A DNA stretch of 64,000 bases from the IMG/VR virus record IMGVR_UViG_3300027733_000030, positions 132,541 through 196,540 of that record; one strand, given 5' to 3'. Below are positions 46,664 through 56,079 of this stretch, piece after piece (the stretch's first letter is position 1; every line of letters begins with the position of its first letter). This DNA comes from a virus. A program made the position numbers and the translations under genes. The notes under the pieces were generated by a model, which saw only the letters and a program-made list of their open reading frames with translations, searched no databases and was not told the origin of the DNA.

Positions 46664-47421
46664 TGAGCACTGAAAGACGTTTTATTTTAGTTGGAGCAGG
46701 GGGCATTGGCACTTGGCTTGCAGCAGGGCTTGTCAGACTTCTTGAATGGAAATTCCCAGGATCCGCTCTCATCATTGTTGATGGTGATACCTTTGAGGAA
46801 AAGAATAAAGAACGTCAAGACTTCATTAAGCTTGGAAATAAAGCTGTAGTTAAAGCTGCGGAACTTGTTCCTCAGTTCCCTAACACTACAATTATTCCAT
46901 TAGCTAAATGGGTTGTCGATGATAACTTTGCTGGCGTTACTGATGACGACAGTCCTAAGATAACTGCTTCGCAACTCATTCGTGAAAACGATGTTGTCTT
47001 TGCTGTTGTTGATAACTTTGCTGCTAGAAAAATTATCTTCGATGCCGCTTCTAAATTAAATAATGTTGATGTTTTTACTGGAGGTAATGATGATGACCTT
47101 TTTGGTTCTATTTATCATTATCAAAAACGAGATGGCGTAGAAATTACTGCTCATCCCGCTGAATATCATCCAGAATACAACAATCCGCCAGATAAGAATC
47201 CTGGTGAATTGTCTTGTCAAGATCGCGCCCAGATTGAAGGAGGCACTCAACTACTCGCCACTAATATGGCAGTAGCGTCCTTTATTCTTGGTCGTGTCCA
47301 AAAAACAATAGTGTCCAATCAAAGCCCTGAAGAAACAGAAATTTTCTTTGATCTTGGACTCGGTAAATCTGAACCATACAACAGAATGCATTCTTCTGTA
47401 GAAGAACCAATTACAGTATAA
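46663..47421 (+). CDS. ThiF/E1-like ubiquitin-activating enzyme
   Basis: VGAGGIG, IVDGD.FEEKN..RQ, KA, VDNFAAR, catalytic-type SC (47215), Q...TN. Confidence 0.92.
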   Translation: MSTERRFILVGAGGIGTWLAAGLVRLLEWKFPGSALIIVDGDTFEEKNKERQDFIKLGNKAVVKAAELVPQFPNTTIIPLAKWVVDDNFAGVTDDDSPKITASQLIRENDVVFAVVDNFAARKIIFDAASKLNNVDVFTGGNDDDLFGSIYHYQKRDGVEITAHPAEYHPEYNNPPDKNPGELSCQDRAQIEGGTQLLATNMAVASFILGRVQKTIVSNQSPEETEIFFDLGLGKSEPYNRMHSSVEEPITV

Positions 47422-47435
47422 TAGGAGAAATTAAA

Positions 47436-47690
47436 ATGGAAAATACAAGTTCATCGGCAGCTCAGCCGAATCGCGCTAATGGAATGGCTAATCTCCGCTA
47501 TGGAGTTTACAATCAGCCGAGCAACATTGCTGGCAAGTCCATCAATGAAGTTCGTCAACAGTTCGCTAAGATCTGGGGCATTCCCAATGATGCTATTGCC
47601 TACTGTGGCAAGGACAAACTTGATGAGAACGCTGTTATTCAGCCCGGCCAGAACATTGAGTTCCACCGCCGTGCAGGCGAAAAGGGCTGA
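47436..47690 (+). CDS. Ubiquitin-like (beta-grasp) protein, PRTRC protein C-like, ending in Gly
   Basis: 84 aa; ...IQPGQNIEFHRRAGEKG*; AGGAG RBS. Confidence 0.8.
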   Translation: MENTSSSAAQPNRANGMANLRYGVYNQPSNIAGKSINEVRQQFAKIWGIPNDAIAYCGKDKLDENAVIQPGQNIEFHRRAGEKG

Positions 47691-47703
47691 TTAGCACACC
47701 TAC

Positions 47704-47763
47704 GGGGGAGGATCTGAATACATTTTTCATTAGATAAATGTATCGATCCTCCCCCTATTTTTT
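47704..47763 (+). terminator. Intrinsic terminator after the Ubl gene
   Basis: GGGGGAGGATC/GATCCTCCCCC-TATTTTTT. Confidence 0.75.
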
Positions 47764-47797
47764 GAAAAGGCAACACCTAGTACGTTTGGTGATATAT

Positions 47798-49411
47798 ATG
47801 TTATTTGATTCTATTAAACTCAACTATCCAAATATTTGGATTAAAGATTCTGACTCTTCCAGAATTGTAGATGTTATTACTTCTACAATTGATAGAGATT
47901 ATTATATTATTGATTTTCTATCTGGATTTTCTAAGTACTGCGAAGGCCAATGGAAGAGCGTATTAGTTCCTAATCCTTTGGCTGAAATGACTGGTGGACC
48001 TGAACTAGTGGTCACCTATGATCCATCGATTGCCATGTCCTATCTTTTAGAAAATGCTATCACATTTACTAAGCCAGCTACTTACTTCATTAATGTTATT
48101 GGTGATCTTAATGCGGCAATCATGCCCATGTCTCCATACATTGCCCACTTTAAATCATCATATCGTAAAGCTTTCTGGAATGATGATCTTTCATTAATGC
48201 CTCTTCAATTAATTTTCTTGAGTTCACAAAATGTTTCTGAAGAATATGCTCAGTACTTTACTGTTATAGAAGATCTTATTCCTGGTCCTTCTGAACTTCA
48301 CTCTATTGCTACGCATATCAATGCTTCTGCACATGACCGTCTCATTGAACAAGATAACATTAAAGAACTTGTTAATGCTGGAATCGGTCTTACTGAATCT
48401 CAATTCATTGACCTTTGTTTAACATCTGTTGTTAATACTGGACAACTTAATCCTAAGTTTGTTTATGATCAAAAGATGTCAACTATCAAAAAGAATGGCA
48501 TTCTTGAAATCATTAAGCCTACAATGAGCTTTGCAGATATTGGTGGTCTTGATAATATCAAAGACATTATTCGTAGAACAGCAGTTCTATGGAATGATCC
48601 CCAGCGCGCAAAGTCTTTTGGTATTACCCCTATTCGCAGAATGCTTATGGTTGGAATTCCCGGCACTGGTAAGTCAGCAATCTGTCAAGCCACTGCTAAT
48701 GAACTTGGACTAGACTTGGCTCGCACTGGTATTAGCCAAGTTATGAATTCTTTTATTGGTCAATCAGAAGCTAACATGCGTGCTGTCTTTAAGCAAATCA
48801 AACTCATGTCCCCACTATGTGTGTGGATTGACGAGTTTGGTCGCGATCTTTCTGGTGGATCAAGTTCTTCCCATGTAGACGGTGGAACCACTGATCGTGT
48901 TCATGGTGAATTCCTTACTGGTCTTCAAGAGCTTCCTGAAGAAACATTCCTGCTATGTGCTGCTAATCAACTTGAAGCTTTGCGCCCTGAGATGTTGCGC
49001 GCAGATCGTTTCGATAAGATTATGTTTGTTGGTCTTCCTTCTTTTGAAGAACGCAAACATATCTTTAATATTCATTTGAGTAAGATTGATACTGACCACG
49101 ATTATAATTATGATGCGCTAGCCGACGCTTCTGTATATATGACTGGTGCAGAAATTGTTTCTTTGATCCGTGAAACAAAATTTTATGTAACTTCTGAATC
49201 TTTCAGACCAATTGAAACTAAAGATGTTTTACATTTTATTCCTCGTACTAAGAATACTATTTGGCTCAAGCACAATGACATGGTTATGTCCATGTATCAG
49301 TATGCCTTTGAGCAGTGGGATTGGGCCTCGACATCTCAGATGGAAGATGCTAGAATGATACTAGGTAAAAAGACTCCTGTAAAGTCAGAATCCAAACTTA
49401 TTTGGAACTAA
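47798..49411 (+). CDS. AAA+ ATPase (Ycf46/Cdc48-like: degenerate N-module plus active C-module)
   Basis: IGGLDNIK, GIPGTGKS, CVWIDE, SRH AANQ...PEMLRADRFD; ATG at 47798 because 47738 lies inside the terminator. Confidence 0.85.
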   Translation: MLFDSIKLNYPNIWIKDSDSSRIVDVITSTIDRDYYIIDFLSGFSKYCEGQWKSVLVPNPLAEMTGGPELVVTYDPSIAMSYLLENAITFTKPATYFINVIGDLNAAIMPMSPYIAHFKSSYRKAFWNDDLSLMPLQLIFLSSQNVSEEYAQYFTVIEDLIPGPSELHSIATHINASAHDRLIEQDNIKELVNAGIGLTESQFIDLCLTSVVNTGQLNPKFVYDQKMSTIKKNGILEIIKPTMSFADIGGLDNIKDIIRRTAVLWNDPQRAKSFGITPIRRMLMVGIPGTGKSAICQATANELGLDLARTGISQVMNSFIGQSEANMRAVFKQIKLMSPLCVWIDEFGRDLSGGSSSSHVDGGTTDRVHGEFLTGLQELPEETFLLCAANQLEALRPEMLRADRFDKIMFVGLPSFEERKHIFNIHLSKIDTDHDYNYDALADASVYMTGAEIVSLIRETKFYVTSESFRPIETKDVLHFIPRTKNTIWLKHNDMVMSMYQYAFEQWDWASTSQMEDARMILGKKTPVKSESKLIWN

Positions 49412-49425
49412 TAGATAGGAATATT

Positions 49426-50052
49426 ATGAGCGATACATTCGATAATGCTGAAGAATTTCTTTCTTCTTTGGAAGGAATAAAGGATCCAGTTAAAACTGAT
49501 ACTAAAGACTACCAGCAAGATCTTTATAAAAAGTGGTTTAGATCAAAGACACAGAGTGGCTTCTTAGCTATTCGTCCTTGGAATGAAGCACTTAAAATGA
49601 AGATCGATATTGGTAAGACTTCTTCTGAAGGAAAACTTCAAAGCAGTACTGCAGTCTTTGTTGACACTATCGACTTTGCTGCGTACCTTCGTTCAATTGC
49701 AAATCAAACAGCTGTTATAAACTATCCTGCCAATGAAAGAATGGGCGTTCCCACTAATGAAGGTTTTGTTTCATATGGTGGAACGACCATTGATGGCAAG
49801 CCTATTTCTCGAATCTTTAAGGCTCATTACTGGCAAACATCGGATGCAGTGGATGCTACTTCATTTGTTTGGAAGTGTGGACACTTTGCTGCGCGTAAGT
49901 CTGACAGTGGTGCATTTATTCCTGATATGAAGACTCCTCTGTCTGTTGATCAGATTAAAGTTAGTCGTCAAGATATTTGCTCTATCTCATACTTAATGGA
50001 TCTTTCTATGGTATCATATGTTACCAACAATCAAGACTGGTATGAACAATGA
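49426..50052 (+). CDS. Hypothetical protein
   Basis: ATG at 49426 after AGGA. Confidence 0.7.
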   Translation: MSDTFDNAEEFLSSLEGIKDPVKTDTKDYQQDLYKKWFRSKTQSGFLAIRPWNEALKMKIDIGKTSSEGKLQSSTAVFVDTIDFAAYLRSIANQTAVINYPANERMGVPTNEGFVSYGGTTIDGKPISRIFKAHYWQTSDAVDATSFVWKCGHFAARKSDSGAFIPDMKTPLSVDQIKVSRQDICSISYLMDLSMVSYVTNNQDWYEQ

Positions 50053-50438
50053 CAGAAGAAAATATTCCATCACTTGACTCAGTTACTGCAGAGTTTATTA
50101 CTAATCTTTTTCAAGAAGTAATGACAGGAATTCATGCTCAAGTTGAGCAAAGACTTCAGGTAGTAGAAAAATCTATTGAATCTATTGAAAAACAAATAGC
50201 TTCTCTTATTCTCGGTTACGGAGAGCAGGCTGTATTTATGGAAGCCTTAGTTGCTCAAATAGCATATTCCACAGATGAAGCTCGTGCTGCTTTCCATAAC
50301 GATGTTTCCAAGTCTCGCAGAGAAATGCTTGAGGTTATGCAACATGCATCAAAAGGAATCCTGGCTGACCAAGATCAAAATCTTGCCACAGCCGTTGCAG
50401 ATATGGTTGACTCAGAGCTGTCTAATACAGACTCCTGA
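50049..50438 (+). CDS. Coiled-coil hypothetical protein
   Basis: ATGA overlap. Confidence 0.65.
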   Translation: MTEENIPSLDSVTAEFITNLFQEVMTGIHAQVEQRLQVVEKSIESIEKQIASLILGYGEQAVFMEALVAQIAYSTDEARAAFHNDVSKSRREMLEVMQHASKGILADQDQNLATAVADMVDSELSNTDS

Positions 50439-50629
50439 TTTATCTTGTTTATTACTAGTTGATAATTCTACTTTAGAATTACTTCATAATTTATCTTATC
50501 TATCTAGCATATATCCTATTGTTCAATCTATATATCCTGATGTTACATCTTTATTTATTTCTAGTACGTCTTTTCAAGAATTTATAAAGACAGGAAAAAT
50601 AGAAGTCTATTCAGTTGAGGTAAATAATA

Positions 50630-51193
50630 ATGATCATAAACAAGTTCCAATCTTTGGAACATCTGAATGAAGTTTTTAATAAACTTTTTGATTCCGCATA
50701 TATTGCAAAGATTACTACCGATACAGTTGATGTTGTTGCAGCGAGTTTAGATGAATCTCGCAAACAATCCGTAGTATCTCTTTTAAACTTAAATATTAGT
50801 CCAGATATATATCAAGAAATATATATTTATTTAGGTTCTAAAACAGATTTTAAAAAAGAATATTATTCTAATATTCCAACTTCACTTTATGACAAGTATT
50901 ATAATGCTCTTCGTGATAATGGAGCTATACTTGCTGCAACGGGCGCTTATGTTCTTGTCAAAAAAATAAATCTTTCACAGTCTATTTTAGATCTTATCAA
51001 TGTCACGATAGATACTAATCAGGCATCTAAAATTATTTCTTCCCTTATTACTCAAGTTAATGACTTGCAAAAAGATGTCAAATATTATGCGGAATATGTT
51101 GAGTCATTAGAAAAGCAGGCTCAAGAACTTCTTGATCAAACTTCTAAAGCTAGAGAAGATTTGTACAATAAAACGATAACTACTTGGTATTAA
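50630..51193 (+). CDS. Hypothetical protein with C-terminal coiled coil
   Basis: GAGG RBS. Confidence 0.65.
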   Translation: MIINKFQSLEHLNEVFNKLFDSAYIAKITTDTVDVVAASLDESRKQSVVSLLNLNISPDIYQEIYIYLGSKTDFKKEYYSNIPTSLYDKYYNALRDNGAILAATGAYVLVKKINLSQSILDLINVTIDTNQASKIISSLITQVNDLQKDVKYYAEYVESLEKQAQELLDQTSKAREDLYNKTITTWY

Positions 51194-51194
51194 T

Positions 51195-52379
51195 ATGTCT
51201 GATCTAAATAAACCCATTAGTCTTGAAGACCTTCTCAAGCAGCTTGTTGCTCCAGGTGAATTTTCTAATACACTAGCAAAAACCTATAAAAAATTAAAAA
51301 TTAAAACCCCATTAGATTTATTTGAATCTAATACTGTACTTAACTTAGCTAATACATCGGAGTCAGTGGTGCACGATCTTAATATTATACCTAATAATAA
51401 TCATTCTTCAGAGAGTGAATCTAATAATGTTCCTGTTCTTTTTGATTTAGATACTTCTCAATACTATTTCGATTTACCAAATCCAGGTACAGATTATACT
51501 ACTCGTTTTTGGCTTAATCCAATTCATGCAGCAAAGTATCCTGGACCAACTGGTTGCGAAGAAGGGGAATTTGTTTATGACTATTTTGCTTCTGGCGAAG
51601 TATACTTAAATATTCCTGAAAATATTTATATTACTTCAGTTGCTAAAACATTTTTTACTGTTTACAAGAATCATATAGTTTCTCCTACGGGACAACTTAA
51701 GCAACATCCTGATTGTGCCGGATTTGCTCCCAGTAACCATGTAGTTTCCTGCCTTTCCCCTTCAGTAGATCCATACAACTCTACTCCAGTCTATGCTTGG
51801 AAATTCAGCATTGATACCTTTTTCAATACTGTATCATCTTCTGAAGTTAAAGATAAGAAGAAAGTTATTTCGCCTGCTCCTTGTCAGTATTTGACATATC
51901 ATGCCAATGATACTAAAATTACTTCTACGGATTACGCATTTGCTAATGTTCCTCCAAACATTGCTTTATGTTCTTCTCCTGTTCTTTCTTCTAAGTCATC
52001 AATGACTTTATGTTCATCTTTTCATTTAGGCAGAATTGATAAGCACTGCCCTCAGTATGTTGCTCTTTCTACTATTATTAAGACAACTACAGTTACTCCT
52101 TTGAATAGTGAAAACATCATAAATATTCAAATGCGCTATAGTACAACTTTAAGTGGAGATCATTCTTTTGTCATACAGAACATGACAGATAATGCTACGT
52201 TAACTACTTTAAACTATGATAAAGACTCTAACTACGATGAAGTTCTTGTAGAAGCTAACAATATCTTTGAAGAGTTTATATCGTGCTACGATGCGCATAC
52301 GCTTGAAGATAAAAACATAGAACAGGAAAAAATTTCTGTTAACAAAGTTAGCTATATACAAACTCTTATTGGAGCTTAA
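51195..52379 (+). CDS. Cys/His-containing hypothetical protein
   Basis: 394 aa; scattered conserved-looking Cys. Confidence 0.65.
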   Translation: MSDLNKPISLEDLLKQLVAPGEFSNTLAKTYKKLKIKTPLDLFESNTVLNLANTSESVVHDLNIIPNNNHSSESESNNVPVLFDLDTSQYYFDLPNPGTDYTTRFWLNPIHAAKYPGPTGCEEGEFVYDYFASGEVYLNIPENIYITSVAKTFFTVYKNHIVSPTGQLKQHPDCAGFAPSNHVVSCLSPSVDPYNSTPVYAWKFSIDTFFNTVSSSEVKDKKKVISPAPCQYLTYHANDTKITSTDYAFANVPPNIALCSSPVLSSKSSMTLCSSFHLGRIDKHCPQYVALSTIIKTTTVTPLNSENIINIQMRYSTTLSGDHSFVIQNMTDNATLTTLNYDKDSNYDEVLVEANNIFEEFISCYDAHTLEDKNIEQEKISVNKVSYIQTLIGA

Positions 52380-52382
52380 ATA

Positions 52383-53864
52383 ATGTCTTTATCTGGAAAA
52401 TTTACTAACATTGATGCTAGGGAAGCAACTAGTTCTTATCTTATTAATGTTAATTTAGATTCTGCTTCAACCGTAGTTCATTCTGCATTAACAACTTCTT
52501 ATTACAACTATCCTAACTATCCTCTTTCTTTAGCTCAATCTTCTACTGATGATCAAGTTGTTAATGATTTTCTTGGTGGATATTGGTATGATACTAAACA
52601 AGTCCCTACATTATTGACAGTAGATGTTTCTTCTATCTTTTCTGGAAAAACTGAAGATGTTGTTTATGCCCATAAGGAAATGATTTATCCAAAAATAGAT
52701 CCATCTTTACTTCCAATAGCTACTCGTTACATTACTCCTGAAGGCTATTATTTTATAGAGCGTCCTCCTTTTCAAGTTGAAGTAGACTTATATATCACTA
52801 AGAATAGGTATTCTGATAATCGCAAAAAAATGAATCCATATAAAGTTTGGATTCCTTGGACTCTTACAATCTTGAATCCTCATGATTTGAGTGATGTAAA
52901 AATTATGTTTTCTCATAAATCTCTTTCTTCCATGGAAGATGTTTATTCTCCTTCATTTCTTCCTAACTCTTACATGGATGGTAGAATTTGTTTTGCCGGT
53001 AGTCTCAGTCAACTTTCTGTTGAAAACATAGATAAAAAAGATATTCGTTATATCTATTCTATGGTTTTTAATGAATTCATGAATGGTGGATGGAATTTAG
53101 ATTTGACTCCAAATCTTTATAGATTCTTTCAACAGTATCAACCTTCAGAAGATTATCCTATTTTATCTAAGTTTCTCAATCCTGATAAAGTTCTTTTGAA
53201 GAAAAAATATCCAAAGATGACTACTCGGCAGTTAGAGAATTTTAATTACGACGCATCTACTCGTTCATATGGTTCTGTATTTAATTATTTCTTTACTCAA
53301 TTATCTACATTTAGTCTTGATGAAACTTTGGAATTTTATAAAGAAATTTCAGAATTTCCCACCAATGTTCGTTATCATAAATGTACTTATACTTTTGAAG
53401 AACTTGTTAATATAATAAAAAAAAATCTTAAGATAACTGCTGTCTCTTCTTACGAAAACTTTTCTTCAACTGTTCAAGATATTCTTACAAAAAATTCTAA
53501 ATTAGATCAATCTTTCTTTTTATATGAATCTTTTCCTGTCATTGTTTATAATATTGATTCTACAAATTTAAGTAGTTCTTTTAGGTTAAGACATTATTTT
53601 GATCTTTCATCTCTTCATGAAGTATTAGAACACTATATAAATAATCCATCAAAGGATAAAATTTATGTACTCGATTATGCTACCAGTAAATTTTCAGTTG
53701 TAGATATTCAAAAAAATGTTACCACTAATTATTATGATTTTATTAAAAGTAAAATTGGTGCTCCTTATGAATCTTTTGAATCTTACATTAGTTTCAAGAA
53801 TTATCTTTTCGCAAAGACCGCCTATACTTCTTCTAACTCTACTGTTCAGGAGTCCCTTGTCTAA
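52383..53864 (+). CDS. Second prokaryotic E2-like protein
   Basis: FIERPP, WIPWTL, FLPNSYMDGRICF (Cys 52989). Confidence 0.7.
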   Translation: MSLSGKFTNIDAREATSSYLINVNLDSASTVVHSALTTSYYNYPNYPLSLAQSSTDDQVVNDFLGGYWYDTKQVPTLLTVDVSSIFSGKTEDVVYAHKEMIYPKIDPSLLPIATRYITPEGYYFIERPPFQVEVDLYITKNRYSDNRKKMNPYKVWIPWTLTILNPHDLSDVKIMFSHKSLSSMEDVYSPSFLPNSYMDGRICFAGSLSQLSVENIDKKDIRYIYSMVFNEFMNGGWNLDLTPNLYRFFQQYQPSEDYPILSKFLNPDKVLLKKKYPKMTTRQLENFNYDASTRSYGSVFNYFFTQLSTFSLDETLEFYKEISEFPTNVRYHKCTYTFEELVNIIKKNLKITAVSSYENFSSTVQDILTKNSKLDQSFFLYESFPVIVYNIDSTNLSSSFRLRHYFDLSSLHEVLEHYINNPSKDKIYVLDYATSKFSVVDIQKNVTTNYYDFIKSKIGAPYESFESYISFKNYLFAKTAYTSSNSTVQESLV

Positions 53865-55057
53865 TGTCTATTTCTATACTAACTTCAAATACTAATAATA
53901 TTTCTGTTAAAGTTAATTATAATGAAGATTCTTCTTATATAAGTTCTTTTGTTTACAATAATTATTCCAATGATTTACAACAAATTACCGGAGAACTTGA
54001 TCGAGTTGTTCCAGTAACCGATTTTGTTTCTTCATTTACAAAGAATAATTATATAGTAAAAGATACTGGCATTATGCCCCCAGGACTCCTATATGCTACT
54101 AAAAAATATTTAGTCTTTGAAAAACCGCCTTGCTATGAAAATGTTTCTATTATTTACAAGCAGGTTGATGGCATAGACTATGATTCTGATGAAGAAAATA
54201 TTTATCGCATTCCAGTTCCTTGGCAGTTATACATTGTTAAATATCATGAAGTAAGGAATGAAAATCAGATTGAGTATTATACTACTGATGTTCGCATGTA
54301 CTTTATGAAGACTTCTTTAATGCACCCTGATCAAGAAATGTTCATGGTTCCAATTCCCAATTTCTATTCTAACGGCGATTTGTGTCGTCCATTCTTTTCA
54401 GATATGGATGATATAGAAAAGTATTCTAAAGATTTTGCTGGAGTTATTGAGTCCGCTTATGATTGGGTATGGAACTCTGGAACTAATTTAGATTTAACTG
54501 AAACTGTTGCGAAGTACTATTCTTTTTATCAAGATAAACCAGAGAATACTATTTTACAAAAATTTACCGTACCTTTTACTCGTGAAATAAATAAAGAAAA
54601 TTATTACATAGGTGATAATTATGTTGCAGCTTTATTTAAAGCTTGGGAATCAATTGATCTTCATGAAATTAGTAATATAAACTGGGTAAAAAATTCTCAA
54701 AATCCTCGTTTTCATTCAGACTTCAGTAATGCTCGAACTAACTTGATTGGTGAATATTTACAAACCATAGATCAAAGCAGTCAAATGCACAGAAATTTAG
54801 ATTGCTGCGATTCATGCAGCGAGTATGATGATGAGCAAGATGAATATACGAATAGTGAAGATTGTGAGTGTGAATGTCACATTCCCGAAACTTCCATAGA
54901 TTATGATGATTTCTATGCTTTTGCTGGAGTTTGGCCACCTAAGGGTTTTACTTACCTGGAAGCCTTAGCATCTTTTATGGAAGAAGATTCTCGAATTAGT
55001 CATTATTCATTGCTTCGCCATATCCGAAATATTGAAGATCAAGTGCTAATGTCTTGA
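53864..55057 (+). CDS. Third prokaryotic E2-like protein with C-terminal Cys cluster
   Basis: VFEKPP, IPVPWQL, PIPNFYSNGDLCR (Cys 54383); CCDSC...CECECH. Confidence 0.7.
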   Translation: MSISILTSNTNNISVKVNYNEDSSYISSFVYNNYSNDLQQITGELDRVVPVTDFVSSFTKNNYIVKDTGIMPPGLLYATKKYLVFEKPPCYENVSIIYKQVDGIDYDSDEENIYRIPVPWQLYIVKYHEVRNENQIEYYTTDVRMYFMKTSLMHPDQEMFMVPIPNFYSNGDLCRPFFSDMDDIEKYSKDFAGVIESAYDWVWNSGTNLDLTETVAKYYSFYQDKPENTILQKFTVPFTREINKENYYIGDNYVAALFKAWESIDLHEISNINWVKNSQNPRFHSDFSNARTNLIGEYLQTIDQSSQMHRNLDCCDSCSEYDDEQDEYTNSEDCECECHIPETSIDYDDFYAFAGVWPPKGFTYLEALASFMEEDSRISHYSLLRHIRNIEDQVLMS

Positions 55058-55082
55058 CTCAAAGATATTTTTATGCTACCAT
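55054..55082 (+). promoter_or_regulatory. Sigma70/SigA-type promoter
   Basis: TTGACT-17 nt-TACCAT with TG extension. Confidence 0.6.
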
Positions 55083-55116
55083 ATATTCATATAAACGTAA
55101 ATAAAGGTAGAAAAAT

Positions 55117-55413
55117 TTGACTAGAATAACTCATCAAGAACCTATTTTTACAAGATCTGAAGTAGCTCAAATTCTTAATGTCACTACATTAACAGTTTCG
55201 AACAGAGAGAAGAATAACAAGTATCCTTCTCCTAAAAGAGATCTAAATAATTATAGAATTTATTCACTGAACGATGTATTTAATCTACAATTAATTACAT
55301 ACAATGCTATCGATCCAAAGCCTATTATATCCATATTGTATGACAAAGGATATGAAGACATTAAGGCTCTTGGACAAATGATTGATTCCGCACTTTCAAA
55401 AAGAATGAGTTGA
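55117..55413 (+). CDS. MerR-type HTH protein
   Basis: FTRSEVAQILNVTTLTVSNRE...PKRDLNNYRIYS..DV. Confidence 0.8.
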   Translation: MTRITHQEPIFTRSEVAQILNVTTLTVSNREKNNKYPSPKRDLNNYRIYSLNDVFNLQLITYNAIDPKPIISILYDKGYEDIKALGQMIDSALSKRMS

Positions 55414-55414
55414 C

Positions 55415-55639
55415 ATGAACGATAAAGATCCCTCTTTTGTAGATGAAGTAACAGAGAATGTATCAACTGATACTGTTTCAGATTTAAAAACTGGAATTTA
55501 TAATCTTTTTGTTAATTTGATAAATAATCAAATAGTTTATCATGGACCAGAAATGGCAGTTAAGTTATCAATTGATTTTCTTCAAGAAATAATATATAAT
55601 TTTAATAAAGCAATACAACCTGAACAGGAGCAAGAATAA
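55415..55639 (+). CDS. Small hypothetical protein
   Basis: 74-aa ORF. Confidence 0.5.
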   Translation: MNDKDPSFVDEVTENVSTDTVSDLKTGIYNLFVNLINNQIVYHGPEMAVKLSIDFLQEIIYNFNKAIQPEQEQE

Positions 55640-56079
55640 TGTTAGATCCACAAAATTTAGTTACAATCTCTGGTGGTCTTGTATCAGATCCAGAAATAAT
55701 CAATGGAAAGATTTTCAAAACATCTCTCGCAGTTGACTATGCTGGTTCCGATAAAAATACAGAGAATACATCTGGATATTTTGATGTAGTCTTTTATTTG
55801 AAGGACGCCTCCGGCACATTTGCTGGCAAAAATGCTTCCTTCGTTGCTACTCAAGTTGAGGCAGGCAAGATGAAAAAGGGTACTTCAGTTTCTATCGTTG
55901 GACGCCTTGTTCAAGAACGATGGAAGCAAGATGACAAGAACCGCTCACGAGTTGTCATTGTTGCCGAACACCTTACCTATGGCCAGCGCGCTGCTGGATC
56001 CAAGCCTGCTACAACAACAGATTCAACAGGGACTGCTCCAGCTGCTGCTGCACAGTCGTCAATTCCATCTAGCTTTTGA
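55639..56079 (+). CDS. ssb: Single-stranded DNA-binding protein
   Basis: N.VTISG.L..DPE, KGTSVSIVGRL...W, RSRVVIVAE; C-terminal P..F tail. Confidence 0.85.
   Translation: MLDPQNLVTISGGLVSDPEIINGKIFKTSLAVDYAGSDKNTENTSGYFDVVFYLKDASGTFAGKNASFVATQVEAGKMKKGTSVSIVGRLVQERWKQDDKNRSRVVIVAEHLTYGQRAAGSKPATTTDSTGTAPAAAAQSSIPSSF

Noticed and set aside
47738-47797. Longer start for the AAA ATPase
   Set aside because: That ATG lies inside the terminator hairpin after the Ubl gene
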